This document shows positions 8,962 through 18,472 of a DNA stretch of 64,000 nucleotides, one piece after another. Under the pieces are notes generated by a model. The model had not been told where the DNA came from and did no database searches. It saw only the letters and a list, made by a program, of their open reading frames with translations. The stretch lies in sequence record MZ779063.1; one strand, given 5' to 3'. Positions within the stretch are counted from its first letter, which is position 1, and every line of letters begins with the position of its first letter. Made by a program: the position numbers and the translations under genes. The DNA is from Staphylococcus phage vB_SauM-UFV_DC4.

Positions 8962-10914
8962 ATGATAGGTTCAAAGATTAGAAAATCATTAAATGAAAAA
9001 TTTGGTTATCATTATAAGTTTTTATTAGAAGATTTTAAGAAAGATTATGATTTAAATAATGATACAATTATGGTAACTAAAGAAGCTAGTGACATCACAA
9101 AAGAATATAAAATAAAATCATTAAAGTATACTAAAGACATTGAAAAATTAGACAAAGACTTTAAGAAAGAGGAAGAAGAATTAAATATTAGAAAATCTAG
9201 AATTTTTAATTTAGATGAATTAGGTTTAGATGAAGACCTTAGAAACATCTGTAAGTATATAGACAGCACTACTAAATTAAAAGTAAAAGTTAGAGAGTAT
9301 AAAAAAGAAAGTAAAGAAAATATTGAATTCTTTTACAAAAATTTTGCTAATTTTACTTATAATAGTGTAATATATGATATGAGTCATTTTAAACCATCAA
9401 CAATTAGATCTAATCAGAAAGTTATATGTAGAAAACATGGACCTTTCTTTACTACTCCAGTAGATTTCTTTATAAAGAAAAAAGGTTGTCCAGTTTGTGA
9501 AAAAGAAACAGATGAAGAAAAGAAAGACACTAGTTGGAAGGATGAATTCATAGAAAATAATAATAAAAAAATATATCAAGAAGTAAAAGAAGAGAAAGAA
9601 AAAGAAAATAAAAAAGCTAAAAAAGAAAAGGTAGATATAAATAAGGAAAATAAAAAACTTTTAGATGAAGTCTTAAATCCACCTGAATTAGGATATTATA
9701 GAGAACCAGATAAAATACCTAATTCCAAAAAAGAAAATGAGAGATTCTTAAAGAATATTAAAGAAATAGATAATAATAAAGTTGAAGAATCTAAAGAAGT
9801 TGAAAAACCAAAGGAAATTGTTAAACCTAAATTAAATAAAAAGACAGTTGATCAAATAATAGCAGATAATAATACTAATCTGAGTAGAAAGATTAAATAT
9901 ATAAATAAAAATATTTATACAGAAAATGAAAGACAAGATTTCTATAAAAAATTAACTGACCGCAAACATGGTAAAAATAAATATAAAATTGATGAATTTA
10001 GACCTAAGACAATTAAAGAAAAACAAGAAGTAATTTGTCTTAAGCATGGACCTTTTAAAATAACAGCTGAAGAATTATTAATTAAAGGTAACCAGTGTCC
10101 TAAATGTTCTTCTAATAGAACTTCCATAACAGAAACTTTTGTAAGAGAATATATTCAGAGTTTAGATTTTGAAGTTAATAATTACGAGATAGAAGATTTA
10201 ATCAAACCTTATGGTGTTGATATAATTATCGAAAATTTAAAATTAGCTATTGAAGTTCAAGGTATCAAATATCATTCATCTGAAACAAGATCAGAAGCTT
10301 CAAATAAATACCATCAATTAAGAAAATTAAAAATGCTAGAAAATAAAGGTTATCATTTATTGAATATATATGATGATGAAATTCCTAATAAAAATAAAGG
10401 AATTGGTTGGGATAAATTTGGTAGATTTTTATCTGAATTAATGATGTTTGATAAAAGATTTGATATTGAAGAAATGGATACGAATTCAATAAAAATAGAT
10501 ACAATTAGTTATTACAAATTCAGAGAATTCTTTGAAAATTCTAGACAAGAATTTGTTACTGGAGATACAGAATATAAAGGAGTGGTTTATAAGAATAAAT
10601 TAATTTCAGTATTTTCTTATAATAAAGAAACAAGAGAATGTCATAACTACCATACTATGACAAATAATAAATTTGATTTAGAATTAATTTACAGAAAATA
10701 CAAAGATTTAAAATTTATAGTTAAAAGAGATTCTTATGTAGCGTATAAAATGAAAGGGCATGATATGTTACCGATAGCAGAAACAGAACCTGGTTTCTGT
10801 AACTTTTCAAAGATTGATGGAGATAGAAAAAATAACTATATAAGACAAAAAAGAAAGAATGAAAATGATAAAAACAAAGTTTATGACTGCGGAAATATAA
10901 TTTTTGTATTTTAA
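8962..10914 (+). CDS. zinc-ribbon + DUF559/Vsr-like endonuclease-fold protein, paralog 3 (with K/E-rich low-complexity insertion)
   Basis: CRKHGPF..GCPVC, CLKHGPF..QCPKC; DIIIENLKLAIEVQGIKYHSS...YHLLNIYDDEI; C-terminal NKVYDCGNIIFVF. Leader ATGGAGATGAAAAAGATATG resembles the 4508 leader. Confidence 0.7.
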   Translation: MIGSKIRKSLNEKFGYHYKFLLEDFKKDYDLNNDTIMVTKEASDITKEYKIKSLKYTKDIEKLDKDFKKEEEELNIRKSRIFNLDELGLDEDLRNICKYIDSTTKLKVKVREYKKESKENIEFFYKNFANFTYNSVIYDMSHFKPSTIRSNQKVICRKHGPFFTTPVDFFIKKKGCPVCEKETDEEKKDTSWKDEFIENNNKKIYQEVKEEKEKENKKAKKEKVDINKENKKLLDEVLNPPELGYYREPDKIPNSKKENERFLKNIKEIDNNKVEESKEVEKPKEIVKPKLNKKTVDQIIADNNTNLSRKIKYINKNIYTENERQDFYKKLTDRKHGKNKYKIDEFRPKTIKEKQEVICLKHGPFKITAEELLIKGNQCPKCSSNRTSITETFVREYIQSLDFEVNNYEIEDLIKPYGVDIIIENLKLAIEVQGIKYHSSETRSEASNKYHQLRKLKMLENKGYHLLNIYDDEIPNKNKGIGWDKFGRFLSELMMFDKRFDIEEMDTNSIKIDTISYYKFREFFENSRQEFVTGDTEYKGVVYKNKLISVFSYNKETRECHNYHTMTNNKFDLELIYRKYKDLKFIVKRDSYVAYKMKGHDMLPIAETEPGFCNFSKIDGDRKNNYIRQKRKNENDKNKVYDCGNIIFVF

Positions 10915-10919
10915 ATAAT

Positions 10920-10968
10920 AACCCTAACCTTAAATTAATAAGGTTAGGGTATTTTATATTATTTTTTT
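10920..10968. terminator. bidirectional rho-independent terminator (CCCTAACC family)
   Basis: ACCCTAACCTT-AAATTAAT-AAGGTTAGGGT followed by a T-run; lies between convergent genes. Confidence 0.7.
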
Positions 10969-11651
10969 TATTGAATTATCTTATTTGGTTTAACTTCACT
11001 TTTCATTTTGATTTCAGTTTTAACTTTGTCAAGAACTTCTGATTCATATAAAGAAGGATCTTCCTCATATTTTTTAGTCATCTTCTTAACAGCTGCTAAT
11101 TTATTTTCCAATGGTGCTTCTAATTCTACTTGATTAAATAATCCTTCAAAATTACCGAAAACAAATTCTTCATTTAATGGAATAAACAGATCTCCATTGT
11201 GTGCTAATTCATGAGCAGTATAAGATAGAGGTACAATTCCTATATTACCTTCAAAATGCATTTTAATAACATCTTCTGCTACAGTAAAACTCTCATGAGA
11301 CTTTTTATACTCATAATTAGTTTTAAGTTTTTCTCTATAGCTAGATACTATATCATATAGAGACAATGGGTAGTGGTGCATTTCTATAGTTAATCGCTTA
11401 TCATCATTTATATCAACTTCTGGTATAAACTTACATTTAGTAAGATCCATTTCAGTTTTCAAAGCTTTAATAAATGATTTGTATTCATATGAGCTTCTAA
11501 CTATTTTTTCAATATATTTATTAAATGTCTCTTCAGACTTTATATCATCTTCATTATTATACATTTCAAATTTCTTTGTTTCATCTACATTTAATTCTAT
11601 TGTTTCGATTAATTTTGGAAGGTCTTTTTTATCTACTTTTGGCATTTGCAT
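10968..11651 (-). CDS. hypothetical protein (227 aa)
   Basis: Long ORF with consistent coding bias; no motif recognised. Confidence 0.6.
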   Translation of the reverse strand: MQMPKVDKKDLPKLIETIELNVDETKKFEMYNNEDDIKSEETFNKYIEKIVRSSYEYKSFIKALKTEMDLTKCKFIPEVDINDDKRLTIEMHHYPLSLYDIVSSYREKLKTNYEYKKSHESFTVAEDVIKMHFEGNIGIVPLSYTAHELAHNGDLFIPLNEEFVFGNFEGLFNQVELEAPLENKLAAVKKMTKKYEEDPSLYESEVLDKVKTEIKMKSEVKPNKIIQ

Positions 11652-11745
11652 AGATTTAATACCTTCTTTCTAATTTTCTTTTATCTATATTAGTATAATT
11701 AAATGTTATGAATATTTTTTAGTCTTTATGCGTTTCATGTAAATT

Positions 11746-11769
11746 TTTAAATATATATTATAAAAGTGA
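11746..11769 (+). promoter_or_regulatory. conserved phage promoter-like motif (copy 4)
   Basis: TTTAAATATATATTATAAAAGTGA upstream of 11826. Confidence 0.5.
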
Positions 11770-11825
11770 AGTACTAATTAGCTAATAGTATTTCATAAAA
11801 ATTACACTAGGAGAGTGAATCGGAT

Positions 11826-13910
11826 ATGAGTAGAATAATACTAAAGAAAAACAACTTGTCAGAAGAAAATATCAGTTTAAAGGAGGTTAAACGTTGGTTT
11901 AAGAAAGAAATAGATTTTAATCAACCATCTAAAATGATAAATGATAAAAATTATGTAAATAATGTAAATAATCTTTTTGATGGTGTTATTAATATTATGA
12001 AAGAAAATAAAATAACAGATACAATGTTTAGATTTATTTCCAATGATAATAATGAAGATATTAGAAATATTTTTATTATTTATTCAATTGATAGTATTCC
12101 TTTTGTTACTAGAGTATATGGACCAAAAATGAATCTTAAAGATAAAAATAGTGATGTAAATGTAGATGCATTACTAAAATTTATTAAATCAAGTATCATT
12201 GACAATTTAATGATTTACAAATTTTATAAAACTACAGATTTTAGTTTCCATAAAAAACTAAGCAGTTTCGGTAATTATGAAAGAAATACATTATACGATT
12301 TAATTGCTGAAATTAATAAAGATGCTATTATTGCAGCATATAAAGAATTAAGTGTGGATAACTTAGGTAGTTACTTAATTTCATTAGACAATGAGGAGCT
12401 ACTAAATAAATCTTATGACGCAATTAATTATTTTGATTTACTAATGGATGCTAATATAAATGTTAGAAGTAAAGAAGGTAAATTGATTCAAAAGATTGAC
12501 AGAAATGATATATTTTCAAATAGAACATATTCTGAAGTGTTCACATTTAGTCAACGTTCAGATTATTATTTCGCTAGTAATCCATTATTCAATATTCCAA
12601 AAGTAAGTGATGTAAGGGATGATACTAGAGTAGATTTATTTATATGTACAAATGGAAAAGAACAAAAAATAAGAGATACAAGTGTCTTAACTAGAGAAAA
12701 TTTATATTTCAATCCATTTAGACAACGATTCTTGTCAGTTAGCTATGAACATCCTATTAGAGAGACATTGATATATGATTTATTCTTAAGTTTCTTTGGT
12801 ATAGAAAATATTGAAAATACTTTAAAGAGATTTACATTTGAACTTCTTCAAGGTGTTTATTCAGGAATATATTCTAAAGGGAATGTTAATGAAGTTACTT
12901 CAAAATCATATTTATTAAATTCAGAAAATAAACGTGGATATACTAAGAAGAAGAAAAATGAGTATCCATTAAAAATGAACATATCAGAAACGTTAAGCAC
13001 TAGTACTCATATAGTAGGATATACTTTATTCAATAACTTCTTATTTGAATATATACAGTCAAGTAATAAAACTATAAAACTTGATGATTTTAATGTTATA
13101 AAATTAATGAAATTCATTACTTTTGAAAATAATAACACTGATTTTAATGAAGATATTAAAAATGTCTTTACGTCAAGAAAAGATATATTTAATGGTAATA
13201 AACGTATTAATACATCTTCGCATAGATATACAAATCTAAAACTAGGTTTAGAATCTTCATTAAATACAATATTTAATGAGGATAAAAATTATATTGATGC
13301 ATTTACTAATCAATATCAAAATATAATTGAAGGAAAATATGCATTTTCTAAACCTGAAAAAGAAAGTATTATTGAAATCAATAATGAAGATGAATTAAAA
13401 GAAATGCAGGAAGAAATTAAATCAAAAGATTCTAATATAGAATATGTAGAAGAAACTAAAGAAGAAACTAAAAATGATAAAAAAGAGGAGAAATTAAATA
13501 TGTCATATCAAATTATTAAAGAAAATAAATTTACTAAAGATGTATCATTTAAATATGCAGGTTCTACACATAGAATTGATAAAATTCGCAAAGGTGATAT
13601 TGAATTAGAAATTGCTAAACGTAAATTATTCATTAATAAATTAATTAATGATAATACTAAATTTGCTTTCGTAGATAGCGTAGAGTTCTCGGATAGTCAT
13701 ACTATTAAAGTTACTAATATTGATGGTGAAGTTCAATTTGTTAGTGATTATGTTGATGTTCTTGAAGGAACAGATACTTTAGAAGACATTAGAATTAAAG
13801 TTACTAATAAAGATTTAGATAGTGATGAAAATTTAGTTAAATTAATTACTGGTGAAGAAACTGATATTAATTCTTTAGATGAAGAAATCTTAGATTCATT
13901 TATGGTTTAA
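11826..13910 (+). CDS. hypothetical protein (694 aa)
   Basis: Long ORF; SD GGAGAGTGA; terminator downstream. Confidence 0.7.
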   Translation: MSRIILKKNNLSEENISLKEVKRWFKKEIDFNQPSKMINDKNYVNNVNNLFDGVINIMKENKITDTMFRFISNDNNEDIRNIFIIYSIDSIPFVTRVYGPKMNLKDKNSDVNVDALLKFIKSSIIDNLMIYKFYKTTDFSFHKKLSSFGNYERNTLYDLIAEINKDAIIAAYKELSVDNLGSYLISLDNEELLNKSYDAINYFDLLMDANINVRSKEGKLIQKIDRNDIFSNRTYSEVFTFSQRSDYYFASNPLFNIPKVSDVRDDTRVDLFICTNGKEQKIRDTSVLTRENLYFNPFRQRFLSVSYEHPIRETLIYDLFLSFFGIENIENTLKRFTFELLQGVYSGIYSKGNVNEVTSKSYLLNSENKRGYTKKKKNEYPLKMNISETLSTSTHIVGYTLFNNFLFEYIQSSNKTIKLDDFNVIKLMKFITFENNNTDFNEDIKNVFTSRKDIFNGNKRINTSSHRYTNLKLGLESSLNTIFNEDKNYIDAFTNQYQNIIEGKYAFSKPEKESIIEINNEDELKEMQEEIKSKDSNIEYVEETKEETKNDKKEEKLNMSYQIIKENKFTKDVSFKYAGSTHRIDKIRKGDIELEIAKRKLFINKLINDNTKFAFVDSVEFSDSHTIKVTNIDGEVQFVSDYVDVLEGTDTLEDIRIKVTNKDLDSDENLVKLITGEETDINSLDEEILDSFMV

Positions 13911-13954
13911 TAAAATTAACAAATGCTAAAAACTTTTTAATTATCTATTAAAAT

Positions 13955-13991
13955 GAAGAGAGTTTAAATACTCTCTTCTTTATTTTTTTTT
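13955..13991 (+). terminator. rho-independent terminator
   Basis: GAAGAGAG-TTTAAATA-CTCTCTTC followed by TTTATTTTTTTTT. Confidence 0.8.
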
Positions 13992-14004
13992 ATAAATTTT
14001 AGGG

Positions 14005-14631
14005 ATGTGTATGAGATTGATAGACTTTAAAAAAATGCTTAAAGAGAATACTAGGAACATAGAAATTTATTGCGATGGAGCAATTAAAGGTGTTAGATCA
14101 AAAGGAACTAAATATGGAGGTATTGGTATTATTCCCGTACAAGAAGATCTATTTGATTATATATCTATACCTTACATAGGAAAAGATCTAACCAATAATA
14201 AATTAGAGATGTTGGCTGTACTATTTACTATATTATTCTCATTAGAGGTCTCTCAAGAGTATAAAGGTAAAACAAATATTAATATAAAGTCCGATAGTGA
14301 ATATACGGTTAATGGTTATAATAAAAATTTAGATAAATGGATAAATCAAGGTTGGAAAAACTATTCAGGTGCTGACGTTAAGAATAAAGAATTATGGCAG
14401 TTAATTGAAAGAGTTAAATATTATTTAAATAGAAACAGAAATAAGTATTATGTAAATTTACAATGGACTAAAGGACATGATAATGAAAAATATAACGAAT
14501 TAGCAGACGAATATGCTGTTAAAGCTAAAATGGAAGCATATGAAGACAATGACAGTGCTTTTTCTATAGAATATGCTATTGATAAAGCTAATAAATTTAT
14601 AACTAAATTAGAAAAGAAAGAGGTATTGTAA
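14005..14631 (+). CDS. rnhA: ribonuclease HI
   Basis: IYCDGA...NNKLEMLAV...SDSEYTVNG...GWKN...VKNKELWQ...WTKGHDNEKYNELADEYA matches RNase HI catalytic motifs (DEDD with the TDSQY-like region). Confidence 0.8.
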   Translation: MCMRLIDFKKMLKENTRNIEIYCDGAIKGVRSKGTKYGGIGIIPVQEDLFDYISIPYIGKDLTNNKLEMLAVLFTILFSLEVSQEYKGKTNINIKSDSEYTVNGYNKNLDKWINQGWKNYSGADVKNKELWQLIERVKYYLNRNRNKYYVNLQWTKGHDNEKYNELADEYAVKAKMEAYEDNDSAFSIEYAIDKANKFITKLEKKEVL

Positions 14632-15186
14632 ATGGCAACTAAAATAGATTTTAATAATGAAGACGATTATAATGATGTATTAAATATAAACGATTGGAAT
14701 AGACTATGTATGGACTTCTGTATTAGATCTGCTAGTATTAGTAAATGTGCTGCTAAACAAGTCAGCTCAATTGTAGCTGATAAAGATTCTATATTTTCTC
14801 TTGGAGTAAATGGTTCTTTTCCGGGTAAACTAAATTGTAATGAAATATTTAAAAAAGAAGATGGAATTTGGTATGTAAAAGATCTTAATGAAGAAACTAA
14901 TTTAATTGAATGGGTTAAATGCGAAGATCAAGAACAGCATCATAAATGGTCTTTATTAAATGAAGTTCATGCTGAAATAAATGCTTTATCTAAAATGAAT
15001 AAAAAAGGTATTTCTACTGAAGGACTAGACTTATATTGTACTCACTCACCATGTTATAATTGTGCTAAAAGTATAATTGCTGCTGGAATTAAAAATGTCT
15101 ATTTTAATGAATTATATGATGGTTATGAAGATGTTATGGAATTATTAGTTTCAAATAATGTTAACTTCATTAAAGTGGAGGTCTAG
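14632..15186 (+). CDS. dCMP deaminase (cytidine/deoxycytidylate deaminase zinc-binding family)
   Basis: HAEINAL ... LYCTHSPCYNCAKSIIAAGIKNVYF, i.e. the H(A)E and PCxxC zinc-binding motifs; start codon abuts the rnh stop. Confidence 0.8.
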   Translation: MATKIDFNNEDDYNDVLNINDWNRLCMDFCIRSASISKCAAKQVSSIVADKDSIFSLGVNGSFPGKLNCNEIFKKEDGIWYVKDLNEETNLIEWVKCEDQEQHHKWSLLNEVHAEINALSKMNKKGISTEGLDLYCTHSPCYNCAKSIIAAGIKNVYFNELYDGYEDVMELLVSNNVNFIKVEV

Positions 15187-15190
15187 AATT

Positions 15191-15373
15191 ATGTCTTGGT
15201 TACCTTTATCAATATTTATATTTATAGGAATATTACTTATTTTATCAACAAATGAAACAAAAAGAATGGTAAGAACTGAAAAATTGAAAGAAGAAAAAGA
15301 TTATTTAAAAAGACAAAGATTTAATAATTTAAGGACTAGTCAAAGAAAGCGAGGAAAAGTAGATGTTAGATAA
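15191..15373 (+). CDS. small membrane protein (1 TM)
   Basis: GGAGG-N9-ATG at 15191; WLPLSIFIFIGILLILS hydrophobic segment. The track ORF 15158 start is less likely. Confidence 0.5.
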   Translation: MSWLPLSIFIFIGILLILSTNETKRMVRTEKLKEEKDYLKRQRFNNLRTSQRKRGKVDVR

Positions 15374-15854
15374 TGTAATTATACTTAGTGCTTTATCTAT
15401 AGCATTCTTTTTAACTACTTTAACATTTATATTTCTAACAATTCATTTTAGAAAAGAATTAGTTAAAAATGTTAAAATGAATAAAAATTATAGAGATAAA
15501 ATAGCTATTTTAGAAAAGCAAACAACTGGAAAAGATGTATTAGATTCATTAAATTCTATGATCGATGAGTTTTTAAAACCTACTTATGATTTAACTATAG
15601 AAGAAACATACATGGATTTAAAATTAGACAATCCTCTAGTTTCAAATAGAAATATAACTATATCTGAACAAAGAAAAAATGTTATACTTGAAGATGTATT
15701 TGAGAAATTCATGAATTATTTATCTGATGATTTCAAAAATAAATTATCTTTAATATATAAAGAAGATGAAATAGAAAATATGGTACTAGATATAATGTAC
15801 TATAAATTAACTGTATATATAAAAGAACGTAACGAGTTACAAAAAAATTCTTAA
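15363..15854 (+). CDS. membrane-anchored protein (N-terminal TM, 163 aa)
   Basis: SD GAGGAAAAG; TM IILSALSIAFFLTTLTFIFLTI. Confidence 0.6.
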   Translation: MLDNVIILSALSIAFFLTTLTFIFLTIHFRKELVKNVKMNKNYRDKIAILEKQTTGKDVLDSLNSMIDEFLKPTYDLTIEETYMDLKLDNPLVSNRNITISEQRKNVILEDVFEKFMNYLSDDFKNKLSLIYKEDEIENMVLDIMYYKLTVYIKERNELQKNS

Positions 15855-15860
15855 AAATAT

Positions 15861-15908
15861 CCCCTAACCTTATTAATTTAAGGTTAGGGGGTTTATATTA
15901 TTTTTTTT
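15861..15908. terminator. bidirectional terminator (CCCTAACC family)
   Basis: CCCCTAACCTTA-TTAATTT-AAGGTTAGGGGG followed by TTTATATTATTTTTTTTT; convergent genes on both sides. Confidence 0.75.
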
Positions 15909-16674
15909 ATAATAGAACATTTATTAAATCTGTTAAAAATCTCAATTGATTTTTATAAGATAAATCTTCAATTCTTACTTCTTCATCAATATCATCTTCA
16001 ATATACATTTCCAATGTATCCATTTCAATGATATATTTATTTTCAATTATATCTTTATAATAACCAGAAGTTAAATTATAATTAATCATATTATCTTTAA
16101 ATAATAAAAGTTTCTTATACAAATCCATTTTATCTTTCTTTTTATCTTCCCAAAGACACTCTATTAAAAATTTAAACATGTAATCCATATGATGTTCCTT
16201 AACACCATTTTGATAACCTTTTACATCTATTTTATTTTGATATAAGTTTATATAGTGTTCTTTACCTAATACATTTATATAATTATCATACTCTTCACTT
16301 TCAGCAAATCTAACATGTTTTGATATCTTTAAATTATTACATTTCTTACCAATAACAAATATAGCATCTTTTTTAATACTTAAAATATCACTATCTTTAA
16401 GATTATTATTCTCTATAAAGATTTTTCTAGCTATCTTAAAACCATTCATTAAAACTTCATTCATTTTTTTATTACTTCTCAACATTTTACCAATAATAAC
16501 ATTTCTTTCATATTTCTGAGTATTTCTTAATTTATTATATTGTTCTTCATTAAGATAACCTGAATCATATAATATATTCATACCAGCTGATTTAATATCA
16601 TATTCAGTAATTACAGTATCTTTAATATATCTTACGTCTGATGTGTAATTAGTTTTCATGTATAAATTAGACAC
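15907..16674 (-). CDS. hypothetical protein (255 aa)
   Basis: GTG start preceded by GAGGAGG-N8. Confidence 0.65.
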   Translation of the reverse strand: MSNLYMKTNYTSDVRYIKDTVITEYDIKSAGMNILYDSGYLNEEQYNKLRNTQKYERNVIIGKMLRSNKKMNEVLMNGFKIARKIFIENNNLKDSDILSIKKDAIFVIGKKCNNLKISKHVRFAESEEYDNYINVLGKEHYINLYQNKIDVKGYQNGVKEHHMDYMFKFLIECLWEDKKKDKMDLYKKLLLFKDNMINYNLTSGYYKDIIENKYIIEMDTLEMYIEDDIDEEVRIEDLSYKNQLRFLTDLINVLL

Positions 16675-16745
16675 TGCAATTACCTCCTCTATAATATTTT
16701 AATAAAACAATTACTATTTAAAAATACATTAGCTAAGCAATTCAT

Positions 16746-16880
16746 TTATAATCCTCCTATATAATCATCGCCAGCCTCTTTACTAATTTCATATTCTCTC
16801 TCAATATCTTCTTCTGATTTACCTTGTAATCCTTCTGCAACTTCACCATATTCATCAAGTAAAAAATCTAAAAATCCCAT
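16746..16880 (-). CDS. small acidic protein (44 aa), not in ORF track
   Basis: GAGGAGG-N8-ATG; MGFLDFLLDEYGEVAEGLQGKSEEDIEREYEISKEAGDDYIGGL. Confidence 0.4.
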   Translation of the reverse strand: MGFLDFLLDEYGEVAEGLQGKSEEDIEREYEISKEAGDDYIGGL

Positions 16881-16924
16881 TATAAAACCTCCTCAAAATT
16901 GTAATCTAATTATCTTCGTAAATT

Positions 16925-17485
16925 TTAATTCTTAACAAAGTTATGTTTCATTAATGTCTTAATAAATTCTTTATTAGTTAACCAATCTCCAGTATTATTA
17001 ACTACTTCAAGATCAGTTACTTCATCTAAATCTTTCTTTTCTTTCTCTAAATCTTCTTTATTTCTTCCTTCACGTTTAACTTGATTCTTTTCATTAACTA
17101 CTTGAATAGTAATAATGTCAGAATCTTCACCATATTTCTCTTTAATATCTCTTACAGAAGCATCTCTACCTTCTCTATTTACAATAATAATATTTACATT
17201 ATAAATACCATTTTGCGGATATTCTAAACTTTGATCAATTGTACCGTAATAATTTTCATAGAAATTAGTCTTAGCTATTAAATTACCTTTCATACCATCA
17301 TATTCTTCTTTATTTAAGAATACATAATCTACGCCATTTTTCTCATCTTCTCTTTGCTTTCTAGTAGTTACTTGATCTAATTTTTTAAAGAATAAATGCG
17401 GATATTCCTTTTGATCTGATAAATTATTTGCCAATACAGTTTTTCCTGAACCTGATACACCACATAATAAGATAAATTTTTTCAT
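16925..17485 (-). CDS. guanylate kinase-like nucleoside monophosphate kinase
   Basis: P-loop CGVSGSGKT; TTRKQREDEKNGVDYVFLNKEEY ... YENYYGT matches the Gmk signature TTR..R..E.dG.dY.Fvs.eeF...YGT. Confidence 0.75.
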   Translation of the reverse strand: MKKFILLCGVSGSGKTVLANNLSDQKEYPHLFFKKLDQVTTRKQREDEKNGVDYVFLNKEEYDGMKGNLIAKTNFYENYYGTIDQSLEYPQNGIYNVNIIIVNREGRDASVRDIKEKYGEDSDIITIQVVNEKNQVKREGRNKEDLEKEKKDLDEVTDLEVVNNTGDWLTNKEFIKTLMKHNFVKN

Positions 17486-17561
17486 AACTAGAAACGACCT
17501 CCAAATTTTATTATCTAATATTATTTGGTTTTCTATATTTTTTAGAAAAATTCGTTATAAA

Positions 17562-18293
17562 TTATGATTTAATTCCATCAGATTCTCTTAATTTATCAAT
17601 TAATTCTATAAATTCATTGTATTTCTTATCTACAATTTTAAGATAATTATATTGAGAATTAGAAGCAACTTCATCTTTTTTCTTTTCTTTTAATTCATCA
17701 CGTTTTTGGTAGTGATTATTTTTACCTTTAATTTCTATTAATAAATTAAAATCAGGAAGATAAAAATCAGGCATGTAGAAATGTTTCTTATTAGCAAACG
17801 TATAAGGAATAGCTATATTAGAAGGAGATAATACATTATTAGATTTAAAATCCATTTGTTTATCTAAGAATTCTAAGAAATCTTTTTCATAAGATCCGAC
17901 ATATTGAGTAGGTAAACCTTTGCCAGAACTCCAATGATATTTGCCTGAAATTCTTCTATTTTCTAACATTTTATTTTGCATTTCAGGGTCATTTAATAAA
18001 GTAGTCTTACCGTATTTTTTATTCATTCTATCTTTAAATTGTTGTCTATATTTATCTTTACATACTTTATCATGTACACGTTCATACTTTTCAGTTTGTT
18101 CATTAAATTTAGTAGGTTTACCACATATAATGCACGTACCATGAGTTTTCTTATTTCTGAAATTAAAATATATATTAGCTGCAGATAATTCACCTAATTC
18201 TTTTTCATGAAATTTCTCCATATGATTATAAAGACCTTTTTTATCTACATATTTCTTTGTACAGAATGGACATTTATGATATTTTGTAGCCAT
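17562..18293 (-). CDS. C2H2 zinc-finger + DUF559/Vsr-like endonuclease domain protein (putative homing endonuclease)
   Basis: N-terminal CPFC...HMEKFH; C-terminal FYMPDFYLPDFNLLIEIKGKNNHY...DELKEKK (DF..IE.kG..H...D..K pattern). Confidence 0.6.
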   Translation of the reverse strand: MATKYHKCPFCTKKYVDKKGLYNHMEKFHEKELGELSAANIYFNFRNKKTHGTCIICGKPTKFNEQTEKYERVHDKVCKDKYRQQFKDRMNKKYGKTTLLNDPEMQNKMLENRRISGKYHWSSGKGLPTQYVGSYEKDFLEFLDKQMDFKSNNVLSPSNIAIPYTFANKKHFYMPDFYLPDFNLLIEIKGKNNHYQKRDELKEKKKDEVASNSQYNYLKIVDKKYNEFIELIDKLRESDGIKS

Positions 18294-18472
18294 TATTAAT
18301 TTTCACCGTTCTTTCATTATCATTATTTAAGTATAAATGCTTGTTTCTATTGTTTTGTTATAAAAAATTAAGAACGCATTTATTTATAAATATAATATTA
18401 TATAGTACATTAATTGAAAGTTGGTGATAGCTAATCGCTAATAAAAAGAAACATTTTAGAAATGAAATATTC

